Positions 23,517-31,660 of a stretch of DNA of 32,000 bases are shown here, piece after piece (the first letter of the stretch is position 1; every line of letters starts with the position of its first letter). The notes below the pieces were generated by a model, which saw only the letters and a program-made list of their open reading frames with translations, did no database searches and was not told the DNA's origin. The stretch comes from Candidatus Saccharimonadota bacterium (GTDB lineage Archaea; Micrarchaeota; Micrarchaeia; Micrarchaeales; Micrarchaeaceae), in assembly GCA_021654395.1 (NCBI GenBank), contig AP024486.1, forward strand, positions 60,001 to 92,000, given 5' to 3'. A program made the position numbers and the translations under genes.

Positions 23517-24338
23517 ATGCTAACAAGAAGGGAGAAAGAGAGATATGTGAAAGAGCTTGCAAATAAGATTAATAGCTATAAAACAGTAGCTATTATAGAT
23601 ACCTCTGAGATAAAGTCTAGAGTACTGCAGAGGATAAAGGCAGAAGATGATATGCTGTTAATCAAGTTTAAGAATACATTAATTAGAAAAGCCTTAGAAG
23701 CATCTAATAAGAAAGAGCTCGCTCAGAGTATAGCTAATGATGTAGCCTTAATACTTACAAATAGATCACCAACAGATCTAAAGAAGCTACTTGATAAGTA
23801 TACTGAAAAGAAGTGGCCAAAGCCTGGAAAGGAGGTACCAGTAGATATAGTAATAAAGCAAGGCCCATTGCCATTAATGCCGCAGAATGTTGCTGAGGCT
23901 AAAAGTCTAGGATTAGAGATACAAGTCCAGAAGGGTAGTGTTGTACTTCAGAAGGATAAGAAGATTCTAGAGAAAGGTAAGAAAGCTACAAATCAGATAG
24001 TTAACTTTTTAAGAGCAATAAACTTTGCTCCGTTAGAAAGCAGAGTAAGAGTAATAAGGGCTTTAATGGATAAGCTTGTATTTGATGGAAGTATATTAGA
24101 TATAGATGACAAGTATTGTATAGATGAGATAACTAAGACCATTAATGCTGTATATGCTATTAGCAAGCAGACAGGCATATTGACGCCATTAACTGCAAGA
24201 GAGGAGATAGTAAATGCTTATAGAAATGCAATATACATTGCAATAGAGAGAGCGATATATGATAAAGCAGTAATAGATAAGCTTATAGCAAAGGCAGAGC
24301 TAGACGCTAATGCGATAAGAAGCAAGATTAATTTATAA
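23517..24338 (+). CDS. rplP0: Ribosomal stalk protein P0 (uL10), unusually short and without an acidic C-terminal tail
   Basis: The N-terminal uL10 block is YKTVAIIDTSEIKSRVLQRIK...KFKNTLIRKAL. It sits between L1 and P1. I moved the start to ATG 23517 because the listed 23508 is the SD. The protein ends ...AELDANAIRSKINL. Confidence 0.85.
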   Translation: MLTRREKERYVKELANKINSYKTVAIIDTSEIKSRVLQRIKAEDDMLLIKFKNTLIRKALEASNKKELAQSIANDVALILTNRSPTDLKKLLDKYTEKKWPKPGKEVPVDIVIKQGPLPLMPQNVAEAKSLGLEIQVQKGSVVLQKDKKILEKGKKATNQIVNFLRAINFAPLESRVRVIRALMDKLVFDGSILDIDDKYCIDEITKTINAVYAISKQTGILTPLTAREEIVNAYRNAIYIAIERAIYDKAVIDKLIAKAELDANAIRSKINL

Positions 24339-24377
24339 ATCTTAATATTTTAAAAGATAATTTGTAAGGTGTAGTAG

Positions 24378-24677
24378 ATGGAGTACATATACGCAGCACT
24401 ATTATTAAATGAAGCAGGAAAAGAGATAAACGAGGAGAACTTAATGCAAGTAGTTAAGGCAGCAGGAATAGAACCAGATCAAGCAAAGGCAAAGGTAGTT
24501 GCAGATGCACTAAAGAATGTAAATATAAAGGAGATATTGCAGAATGCACAGAGTATGCAGATAGCAAGTGCACCACAAGCTAACACTGCACAGCAGGCAG
24601 CTGCACAGAAGGAAGAGAAGAAAGAGGAGAAGAATGATGAACCTGCAGCAAGCGGATTAGCTGCACTATTCGGCTAA
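24378..24677 (+). CDS. rpl12: Ribosomal stalk protein P1 (aP1/L12e)
   Basis: MEYIYAALLLNEAGKEINEENL is followed by an Ala/Gln hinge, an acidic KEEKKEEKNDE segment and a conserved GLAALFG end. Confidence 0.9.
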   Translation: MEYIYAALLLNEAGKEINEENLMQVVKAAGIEPDQAKAKVVADALKNVNIKEILQNAQSMQIASAPQANTAQQAAAQKEEKKEEKNDEPAASGLAALFG

Positions 24678-24688
24678 AGTGGTTAATA

Positions 24689-25021
24689 ATGAAGGTCTGG
24701 GTTGATAAGCCTAAGTGCACTGGATGTGCACACTGTCATGATGTATGCCCAGTAGCAGTATTTGTAATGAAAGATATAAATGCACCAGATGTAAATTCTG
24801 ATGCTGCACCAGAGCAGGCACAGTGGAAAGGAGCGCATGATCAGGAGGTATATAATAAATGGGCAAATGTACAAGATGGCCATACACACTTTAAAGAGAA
24901 GTCAGTAGCAGTAAATGGAGAGTCATGCATTCTATGCCAGGCTTGCCTTATAGAATGCGAAGGAGAATGCATACATATAATAGATGATGCAGGAACCGAG
25001 TATAAATCAATATACAAGTAA
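24689..25021 (+). CDS. 2x[4Fe-4S]-type ferredoxin with a long insert between the cluster motifs
   Basis: The cluster motifs are CTGCAHCHDVCP (CxxCxxCxxxCP) and CILCQACLIEC (CxxCxxCxxxC). They are separated by about 60 residues that contain several His and Trp. Confidence 0.75.
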   Translation: MKVWVDKPKCTGCAHCHDVCPVAVFVMKDINAPDVNSDAAPEQAQWKGAHDQEVYNKWANVQDGHTHFKEKSVAVNGESCILCQACLIECEGECIHIIDDAGTEYKSIYK

Positions 25022-25039
25022 TTACTATTTCTGTTTTCT

Positions 25040-25396
25040 ATGATACCAAATCTAGATCCACAAACTCTAAAGAAGACTCTAAAGAGATTTGGAATTGATG
25101 TAGAAGAGATAAGAGCAAAGAGAGTTATAATAGAGTTAGAAGACTCTAAAAGACTTTATATAGAAGAGCCACAGATCAGTAAGATAGGAAATGGTAATAA
25201 TAGCATATTTCAGATAGCTGGTAATGTAAAAGAAGAGGTCTCTGAATCTATAGCAGAGGAGCCGTCTCAAGAGGATATAGACTTTATTAAACAGCAGACA
25301 GGTATTAATGATACAGAGCTTATAAGAAAGGCTCTAAAAGAGAGCAACAATGATATCGCTGAGACCATACTTAAATTAAAGAAAGATTCACAGTAA
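25040..25396 (+). CDS. nac: Nascent polypeptide-associated complex protein (archaeal NAC: NAC plus UBA domains)
   Basis: The NAC domain is LKRFGIDVEEIRAKRVIIEL...PQISKI...FQIAG. The C-terminal UBA domain is EDIDFIKQQTGINDTELIRKALKESNNDIAETILKL. Confidence 0.85.
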   Translation: MIPNLDPQTLKKTLKRFGIDVEEIRAKRVIIELEDSKRLYIEEPQISKIGNGNNSIFQIAGNVKEEVSESIAEEPSQEDIDFIKQQTGINDTELIRKALKESNNDIAETILKLKKDSQ

Positions 25397-25691
25397 ATGC
25401 ATATGGAACGTTCTCTACATATCTAACATTTGTATCTTCTATCATAGAAAGAGCTATAAGCAGATCTACTGCTTCTCTTCCTACAGCATTTATCGTTATT
25501 ATCTTATATCTATTACTGTTTATAAAGTCTTTCACATAGCTTACATCTTTAAGCTCTCCTTTATAGAAGCTTGCATAAGCTTTAAGATCCAACGAAGCGT
25601 CATTATCCTTAAGCACTCTTCCTATAAGATCTGAGTCGCATAACGCTAATATAATACCCTTGTCTGATCTATGCTCCTTTATATATATCAT
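25371..25691 (-). CDS. DUF424-family conserved archaeal protein
   Basis: IKEHRSDKGIILALCDSDLIGRVL...FYKGE...INAVGREAV resembles the DUF424 pattern (AvCD-x-dLlGk...FY-G). The 3' end overlaps the nac 3' end by 26 nt in convergent orientation. Confidence 0.55.
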   Translation of the reverse strand: MIYIKEHRSDKGIILALCDSDLIGRVLKDNDASLDLKAYASFYKGELKDVSYVKDFINSNRYKIITINAVGREAVDLLIALSMIEDTNVRYVENVPYAFTVNLSLI

Positions 25692-25696
25692 ACAAA

Positions 25697-27262
25697 CTAA
25701 CCATATCTATAAAAGAAGAAAACTGCTGTTGCGTAGATAGTTGAATACCATAGAAGCCATATACTTCCTATAAATATATGCTGATATACTGCTATGTAAG
25801 CAAGTATCAGGAATACTGCTGTTGTCAGTATCTCGAACTTTGCTGCGCTTATGCTCCTTAGTATACTGCCCTTAGATCTACTATTCTTAACTTTGACCCA
25901 GCTACTGGATGGATCTAACTTAAACAATGCTGCAATCATGGCCTTTGTTCTAACAATTATTAGAGCGAAGTTTATTAGTATTAGGAATAAACCTTTTCTA
26001 AAAGAGTTGAAATAGAACTTTGTTATAAGTATAGGAACTGCAAGTGATAATAGGAATGAGAATAAACCAAACAGCTCCAGATCGAACACTAAAAAGTGTA
26101 TATTTAGAAGCTGTGGCAGCGTTATATGTACAAATGGCAGAGAAGAGAATACTATAAAGATAGATAAGATTGTAAAGAATAGTATAAATGACGATATATA
26201 GTTTAATCCAAGACCATGTATTATATACTCTATATTAGTAAGTATACTCTTAGGCCTATTTAATGCTCTTTTAATATAGTATACTAGAAACTGTGTATCT
26301 CCATAATTATAGCGCCATTGCTGCTTAGCAAGACTTGTAAATGTATCTAACGCTCTTCCGTATGCATATACCTTAGGTACATAGATTCCTTTATAGTTAT
26401 GTATATTTGCCTCTAAGCTAAAGAACGTATCTTCTATTACATACTCTGGAAATCCCCCAAGCTTTAGTATTATCGATCTATTTATTATACCGCAAGAGCC
26501 TGCAAATATGGCTGTGTTGTTAAAAGCCCTAGCAGGCTCTATAAAGTTAAAGAAGAAGCCATCAAATAGACGTATTGTATTCTGAAATAGCCCTTTTCCA
26601 TAGGTATCTTTCCTAGTTTGCACAAATGCAACCTTCTTATCCATAAGGAATATTGGTATAAGATCTTTTAGGAAGTTTATATCTTTAAGATATTCATCAT
26701 AATCAAAGAATGCAACATAATCTTCTTTAGATATCCTTAAAAAGTTATTCAGAGCTCCTGCCTTAAGCCCCTTTCTAGACTCTCTTCTTATATACTCTAT
26801 ATCATTCTCTTTACAGAACCTTTCTAACTCAGTCTTTATGGATAAGTTATCTGAATCATCCAGAAGATAGACTCTAAACTTATCTTTAGGATAGTTAATC
26901 TGCTTCAGCCTTAAGAGATTCTTTTCTACTATATATGGATCTTCATTAAATACAGGTACTGCAATGCCTACAGTAGGATATCTCTTTATCTTGTATATCT
27001 TAGCCTTCTTTAATAACTTATCTATATAGTCACTATAGTAATAAGACTTATTATAAGCATAGGCAGAGAAGATATTAAATATTGCAGTAAGTATTGAGAG
27101 TATATTAAAAAGTATCGCAATTATTAGCATATATATTGTATTAGCTATATATATTAAGTATAAGCCAAATGTTAAAGAGGCTATAGATAGTATTACAAAG
27201 AGTGCTACTGTTAGATATCTGTGTAGATTAATGTACCTCCTCTTATGAAGCACGCATATCAT
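25697..27262 (-). CDS. Membrane-embedded processive family-2 glycosyltransferase (cellulose/chitin/hyaluronan-synthase-like)
   Basis: Motifs seen are VPVFNE, LLDDSD, KAGALN (compare KAGNLN), FDYDEY (DxD), IEDTFFS (TED-like) and QQWRYNYG (QxxRW-like). There are 2 N-terminal and several C-terminal TM helices. Confidence 0.85.
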   Translation of the reverse strand: MICVLHKRRYINLHRYLTVALFVILSIASLTFGLYLIYIANTIYMLIIAILFNILSILTAIFNIFSAYAYNKSYYYSDYIDKLLKKAKIYKIKRYPTVGIAVPVFNEDPYIVEKNLLRLKQINYPKDKFRVYLLDDSDNLSIKTELERFCKENDIEYIRRESRKGLKAGALNNFLRISKEDYVAFFDYDEYLKDINFLKDLIPIFLMDKKVAFVQTRKDTYGKGLFQNTIRLFDGFFFNFIEPARAFNNTAIFAGSCGIINRSIILKLGGFPEYVIEDTFFSLEANIHNYKGIYVPKVYAYGRALDTFTSLAKQQWRYNYGDTQFLVYYIKRALNRPKSILTNIEYIIHGLGLNYISSFILFFTILSIFIVFSSLPFVHITLPQLLNIHFLVFDLELFGLFSFLLSLAVPILITKFYFNSFRKGLFLILINFALIIVRTKAMIAALFKLDPSSSWVKVKNSRSKGSILRSISAAKFEILTTAVFLILAYIAVYQHIFIGSIWLLWYSTIYATAVFFFYRYG

Positions 27263-27316
27263 CTATGGTATTTATTGATTAATATGTATATCTATTTAAG
27301 TTTTAAAGCTTTATAT

Positions 27317-29152
27317 TTATAGCTTTATAGATGGGCAGAATGTATAATATTCATTATAGGCAGCTATGCACTGGAATCTTGGATTAGTGCTTCTAATAGA
27401 ATATAAGTATGGTACAGATATATAGATATAGTTAAGGCTTGTGTTTATAATATTTGGAGACACTACACCTTTATACAGCTCTACTGTATTATCTTTTTTA
27501 CTATTCGCTAAGACATCATAGGATATAGAGTAGTTATAGCTTGCTCTCGTATCTATGCCATATATTAAGAATGGGTTTGCACTGCTATCCAGATTAGATA
27601 AGATGTTATATCTTACTATATATAGACTTCCAACTAATATATATGAGCTGTTACTTATCTGCATATTGAAGTTCTTTATGTATATATAATGCTGCTGATT
27701 AATAGTATATGCCAAGAATGCAACAGATAAAATCAATGCTATTAAAACGGCTCTTCTGCCTATCAATCTATTATATGAATACTTGAAATCACTATCATAG
27801 GCATATAATATTATATATGCAAGTATAGGAATTATAATATAAACTATTATTACATGATACCAGAATATGAATGGTATTACAGATAAAAGTAAAGCTTTCC
27901 TTGAATCTTTTATATATAAGCTAAGTATTAAAGATACTAGAAGCATTATTATAAACAGATAGCTATAGAACTTAGCTGTGGTATAAGATAGTACTAATGC
28001 TGTACCTGGTGCTTCCATAGTCGGCATTAAGTAATCTGCTACAGGAAATACTGCTCTTCTAATAAATAGATAGGGATTCTCTATTATAAATAGACCATTT
28101 ACTAATATAAATATTAATATCTCAAATGCAACCATCCTTAATGCATTCTTAAGATCTCTTGATAAGTAGAATATATCCAGTATGAGAAATGACAGCATCC
28201 CAAGCTCCTGTAATGAGATCATTAATCCTGCTATTAAGCCCTTAACCCTAAAGTCCTTAAAGTAAAAGAATAGTATAAGCCCAAGAGCTATAACAATATC
28301 TGGAAATCCACTGAATATAACAAAGAGCAGGCTAGCGTCTAATGATATAATTAAAGCAGCTAAGAAGCTTATCTTCTTTTTAATATAAAGATCTGCTATT
28401 AAGATAAGTATAGCTATAGCTGAGAATGCGGTTATAACTATTGATGCTGTATCTGGGCCTAATCCAAATACTATAAACGGTATAAAGCTTAATGCATACA
28501 GCACAGGATACTGGTATATAGTTACAAAGCTGTCTGAGCTTGTATATGTAATGCCTCCTCTAACGCTGCCGTTTATTATAGCATTATAAAAGCTTGTAGA
28601 GTAATTTGCAGCATATGGATTTTGACCATGCATTATCGATAATGCAGCAAGGTAGCTTAGCTCTATCTCATCATCAACATTGAATGATTGAGTATATACA
28701 ATTATAAGAGATAGAGATATAGAGAATAGTATGTATATAGCAGCCACTATTACTATCCTTGATCGCCTACTTATCTTCTCTTTTATGTAATTTAAGATGC
28801 TAAGATCTAATGTTAGCAGTATAAGATAAAAAGTAAATAAAGGGTATGCAAATAGTATTGCATAGATTACATACTTATATCCATCTATAGTAAATGTGTT
28901 TATCTCTAAAGCAAGTATCTGAATAGATATAAAGATGATAGTATATATGTATGCTAGTAGCTTTATTACTCTGTATCTATCTATATTAAATACTATTATT
29001 AGAAATAGAGTAGCAAAGGCTACATTAAGCAACTCATAAGCATTATACAGACTAGATCTATAGAATACAGTGCCTCCAAATATACCTATAGAGAATAGTA
29101 ATAGTACTATAAATGTAACTATTAAGCTCTTATCTAATTGATTAAGCTGCAT
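27317..29152 (-). CDS. Large polytopic membrane protein, probably a GT-C-fold glycosyltransferase (PIG-M/DUF2029-like), with a C-terminal extracytoplasmic domain
   Basis: There are more than 12 hydrophobic segments. The loop motif NVDDEIELSYLAALSIMHGQNPY resembles the D-x-D...G-x-x-PY first-loop signature of PIG-M/GT87-type enzymes. The last ~130 aa are polar and Asn/Tyr/Ser-rich. Confidence 0.5.
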   Translation of the reverse strand: MQLNQLDKSLIVTFIVLLLFSIGIFGGTVFYRSSLYNAYELLNVAFATLFLIIVFNIDRYRVIKLLAYIYTIIFISIQILALEINTFTIDGYKYVIYAILFAYPLFTFYLILLTLDLSILNYIKEKISRRSRIVIVAAIYILFSISLSLIIVYTQSFNVDDEIELSYLAALSIMHGQNPYAANYSTSFYNAIINGSVRGGITYTSSDSFVTIYQYPVLYALSFIPFIVFGLGPDTASIVITAFSAIAILILIADLYIKKKISFLAALIISLDASLLFVIFSGFPDIVIALGLILFFYFKDFRVKGLIAGLMISLQELGMLSFLILDIFYLSRDLKNALRMVAFEILIFILVNGLFIIENPYLFIRRAVFPVADYLMPTMEAPGTALVLSYTTAKFYSYLFIIMLLVSLILSLYIKDSRKALLLSVIPFIFWYHVIIVYIIIPILAYIILYAYDSDFKYSYNRLIGRRAVLIALILSVAFLAYTINQQHYIYIKNFNMQISNSSYILVGSLYIVRYNILSNLDSSANPFLIYGIDTRASYNYSISYDVLANSKKDNTVELYKGVVSPNIINTSLNYIYISVPYLYSIRSTNPRFQCIAAYNEYYTFCPSIKL

Positions 29153-29268
29153 TAAATCTAGCGCTATAGCTAATATAATGTATTAATAAAAGTATAATCA
29201 ATCTTTCTATCTTAAGCTGCAACATAAGCGTTTAATCTTCTATAAGCAGCCATATGGTTAGCACGATA

Positions 29269-29390
29269 CGCCAGGGCTGGGATTTGAACCCAGACTTCCC
29301 GTGAAGGGAAACCGGTTATCTTTGCATCATCTTAGATCAGCTCTTGAGAGCACTCAAGACCGGCGCGTTACCGGATTCCGCCACCCTGGC
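29269..29390 (-). tRNA. tRNA-Ser (anticodon UGA) with a ~35-nt intron at the canonical 37/38 position
   Basis: A manual fold of the minus strand fits. Acceptor GCCAGGG/CCCTGGC with discriminator G. The D stem is 3 bp. Anticodon stem CCGGT/ACCGG with CT-TGA-G before the intron. The long variable arm is TTCCC-TTCAC-GGGAA. T arm CTGGG-TTCAAAT-CCCAG. The mature length is about 87 nt. Confidence 0.85.
29318..29352 (-). other. tRNA-Ser intron
   Basis: The sequence TGCTCTCAAGAGCTGATCTAAGATGATGCAAAGAT interrupts the anticodon loop. It contains CTCAAG, which is complementary to the anticodon-loop CTTGAG. The boundaries are ambiguous by about 1 nt. Confidence 0.7.
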
Positions 29391-29461
29391 ATCAGTATAT
29401 TATAGATTTAGATCAATAATCAATATATATAATCTTAATTTAAAGTATATAATATTTATAA

Positions 29462-30103
29462 ATGATTAAGATGAGATCTGCCGATATAGCTACTGTAATA
29501 AGAGTTGTATTAGTGGTTGCTGCTGCTTACTTAATATTGTATCATCTTAATGGATATATACTAATACTACTGCTTGCATTGATATTCTACTTAGATAACC
29601 TTGATGGATATCTAGCTATAAGAGAGCTTGATGGCTCTATAACTCCTTATAAGTATTATATAAAGGCATTAAATGATAAAGAGCTAAAGAATAAGATATA
29701 TAAGATAAAAGAGAAGGTTGCAGAGAGATACAAGTATGGGGGGAGAATAGATATAGCTGGAGATAGATTTGTTGAGTATACACTCTTTATACTATTTACG
29801 TATCTGCATATACTTCCATTATTTGTATTTTTAATAGTAATACTAAGAAACTCATTTACTGATGCTTTACTAGCCAGTAAAGGAACCTCCTCAAAGATGA
29901 AAACAAAGATAGCAAAGATTCTATTTAAGTCTAATCTATCAAGATTGCTAAGTGGTCTTCTAAAGTTTATATTATTTGCATATCTTATACTTGTATATGA
30001 GTATAATTATAACATTATAGTAGGGTATGTACTAGTTGCTGCTTTCTTAATATTCTTCTTAATAAGAGGATTAGCAGAGATAATAGAGGCGTTAAAGCAA
30101 TAA
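29462..30103 (+). CDS. CDP-alcohol phosphatidyltransferase-family membrane protein with a split signature motif
   Basis: D44-x2-D47-G48-x2-A51-x-R53, then G93-x3-D97-x3-D101 (LDNLDGYLAIRE ... GGRIDIAGDR), with flanking TM helices. The AR-to-G spacing is about 39 residues instead of the canonical 8. Confidence 0.55.
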   Translation: MIKMRSADIATVIRVVLVVAAAYLILYHLNGYILILLLALIFYLDNLDGYLAIRELDGSITPYKYYIKALNDKELKNKIYKIKEKVAERYKYGGRIDIAGDRFVEYTLFILFTYLHILPLFVFLIVILRNSFTDALLASKGTSSKMKTKIAKILFKSNLSRLLSGLLKFILFAYLILVYEYNYNIIVGYVLVAAFLIFFLIRGLAEIIEALKQ

Positions 30104-30113
30104 AATAAAAAAA
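30102..30113 (-). terminator. T7 tract on the minus strand downstream of the COG2085 oxidoreductase gene
   Basis: The minus strand reads GGATTTTTTTATTTTA, beginning 13 nt after the stop at 30126-30128. Confidence 0.45.
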
Positions 30114-30125
30114 TCCATATACAAA

Positions 30126-30743
30126 TTATGCCTTTACTAGCTTAATACCTATATTTGTACCCATAGATCTGAAGTAGCCCAGATGTATCTGGAATAGCCC
30201 TAGCTGTTCTAGGTATCTAGCTGCCTTTAGCTCGCCAGCATCAACAGGTTCAAAGCCTATCTTCTCACTAATCTCCATGACTCTCTTCTTTGCCTCTGCA
30301 TCATCTGCTGCTATAAAAGCAGTAAGCTTTGTCCTTCCAACCTTTGCCTTAGACATATTCTGCGCAAATACAGTATTGAATGCTTTGACCACCTTTGCAT
30401 TAGGCAGCATCTTAGCAATTCTTTCTGCTATTGAGTCTTGAAGATTCAATGGCTTAAAGTCTTTATCTAAAGCATTAGATACATCGACAACGATCTTGCC
30501 ATTGAAGCTATCCTTTCCAGCAGCGTTTATAATCTCTTCTATAGCATGATTAGGAACTGCGAGTATTGCGACCTCTGCATCATTTAATGCATCCTTTATT
30601 GCCTTTACTTCTGCACCTTTAGGAACTGCAGAAGCCTTAGATGCAGGATCTCTTGAGCCGTAAACAACGCTATAGCCTTTCTTTATTAAAGCCTCTCCCA
30701 GTGCGCGCCCGACATTTCCTGTTCCAATAATCGCTATCTTCAT
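30126..30743 (-). CDS. NAD(P)-binding oxidoreductase of the F420_oxidored/COG2085 family (NADPH-dependent F420 reductase-like)
   Basis: MKIAIIGTGNVGRALGEALIKKGYSVVYGSRDP is a Rossmann GxGxxG motif with an SR typical of NADP binders. I moved the start to ATG 30743 because the listed start lies in the SD AGGTGATC (30747-30754). Confidence 0.7.
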   Translation of the reverse strand: MKIAIIGTGNVGRALGEALIKKGYSVVYGSRDPASKASAVPKGAEVKAIKDALNDAEVAILAVPNHAIEEIINAAGKDSFNGKIVVDVSNALDKDFKPLNLQDSIAERIAKMLPNAKVVKAFNTVFAQNMSKAKVGRTKLTAFIAADDAEAKKRVMEISEKIGFEPVDAGELKAARYLEQLGLFQIHLGYFRSMGTNIGIKLVKA

Positions 30744-30842
30744 CCAGATCACCTAATAAAAGCTTAAAAGGTTAAATTTTAAAGCCTTATTATTTATATC
30801 TATTTACCTAGATAAGTAGATCTTTTAAACCTATCTTTAAGT

Positions 30843-31100
30843 TTACTTAATAGCCTTTAGTATAGTATCAAGATCATTCTCTATCTTAGATAGTGCTTTA
30901 TTAAGCTTATCCTTTGGATTCTTTGCCTTTATAATAAGCTGTGGATTTCCGATCTCAGGATGACTCTTATATACACCTGCAAATTCAACATCTTGCGTTG
31001 CAGTAAGATAGCTGCTTACTAGATCTGCTACAGTAGTATCCGTACCATCAAACTCTAGGACTAGCTCATCCTTGCTATCCTTTATAACTTTAACAGACAT
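30843..31100 (-). CDS. rpoL: DNA-directed RNA polymerase subunit L (Rpo11)
   Basis: ELVLEFDGTDTTVADLV...VEFAGVYKSHPEIGNPQLIIKA matches the RpoL/Rpb11 core. The start overlaps the csl4 stop (TAATG). Confidence 0.85.
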   Translation of the reverse strand: MSVKVIKDSKDELVLEFDGTDTTVADLVSSYLTATQDVEFAGVYKSHPEIGNPQLIIKAKNPKDKLNKALSKIENDLDTILKAIK

Positions 31101-31660
31101 TAATCTACACCTTTAGAGTAGTGAATTAGAATCTTCTTTATAAAATCTAACTTTCCGTAATACTGACTTACAGCCCTATACTCCTCATTTCCGCATTCCT
31201 TACATATTAATCTTTCTATCTTATTCTTGCCTTCTTTACTATTTAATCTTCTATTTGATGCTACTAGAAAGCTCCCACACTCGCTGCATCTTGCTAATAC
31301 TACACCATATGATCTGCCTTCTAGACTAAGTAAAAATGTATCTTTATCCTCTTTAACTATCCTTGCTAGTATTATATCAGATAGCTTCATTCCAAGATCT
31401 CCTCTATCCTTTACCATTATCTTTCCATTTATATTCGATATATATCTTATATTGCTATGAGTGAATGGAAGTATCTTCACAAACAGAACAGAGATCTGAT
31501 CATCTATTATCTTTCCTAGTATTGAATCACCGCTCTTATAAAGCCTTATCTCCTTATAGGGCTTTATCTTATTATTCTCTATAATGCCAAATTCTTCTAT
31601 ATCTACACTTCTATTATCAAGCTCTACAGAGTCTCCAGGAAATACAATATTATTATTCAT
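31100..31660 (-). CDS. csl4: Exosome complex RNA-binding protein Csl4
   Basis: An N-terminal VFPGD is followed by an S1-like middle region and a C-terminal zinc ribbon CSECG...CKECG. The adjacency to rpoL is conserved in archaea. Confidence 0.85.
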   Translation of the reverse strand: MNNNIVFPGDSVELDNRSVDIEEFGIIENNKIKPYKEIRLYKSGDSILGKIIDDQISVLFVKILPFTHSNIRYISNINGKIMVKDRGDLGMKLSDIILARIVKEDKDTFLLSLEGRSYGVVLARCSECGSFLVASNRRLNSKEGKNKIERLICKECGNEEYRAVSQYYGKLDFIKKILIHYSKGVD

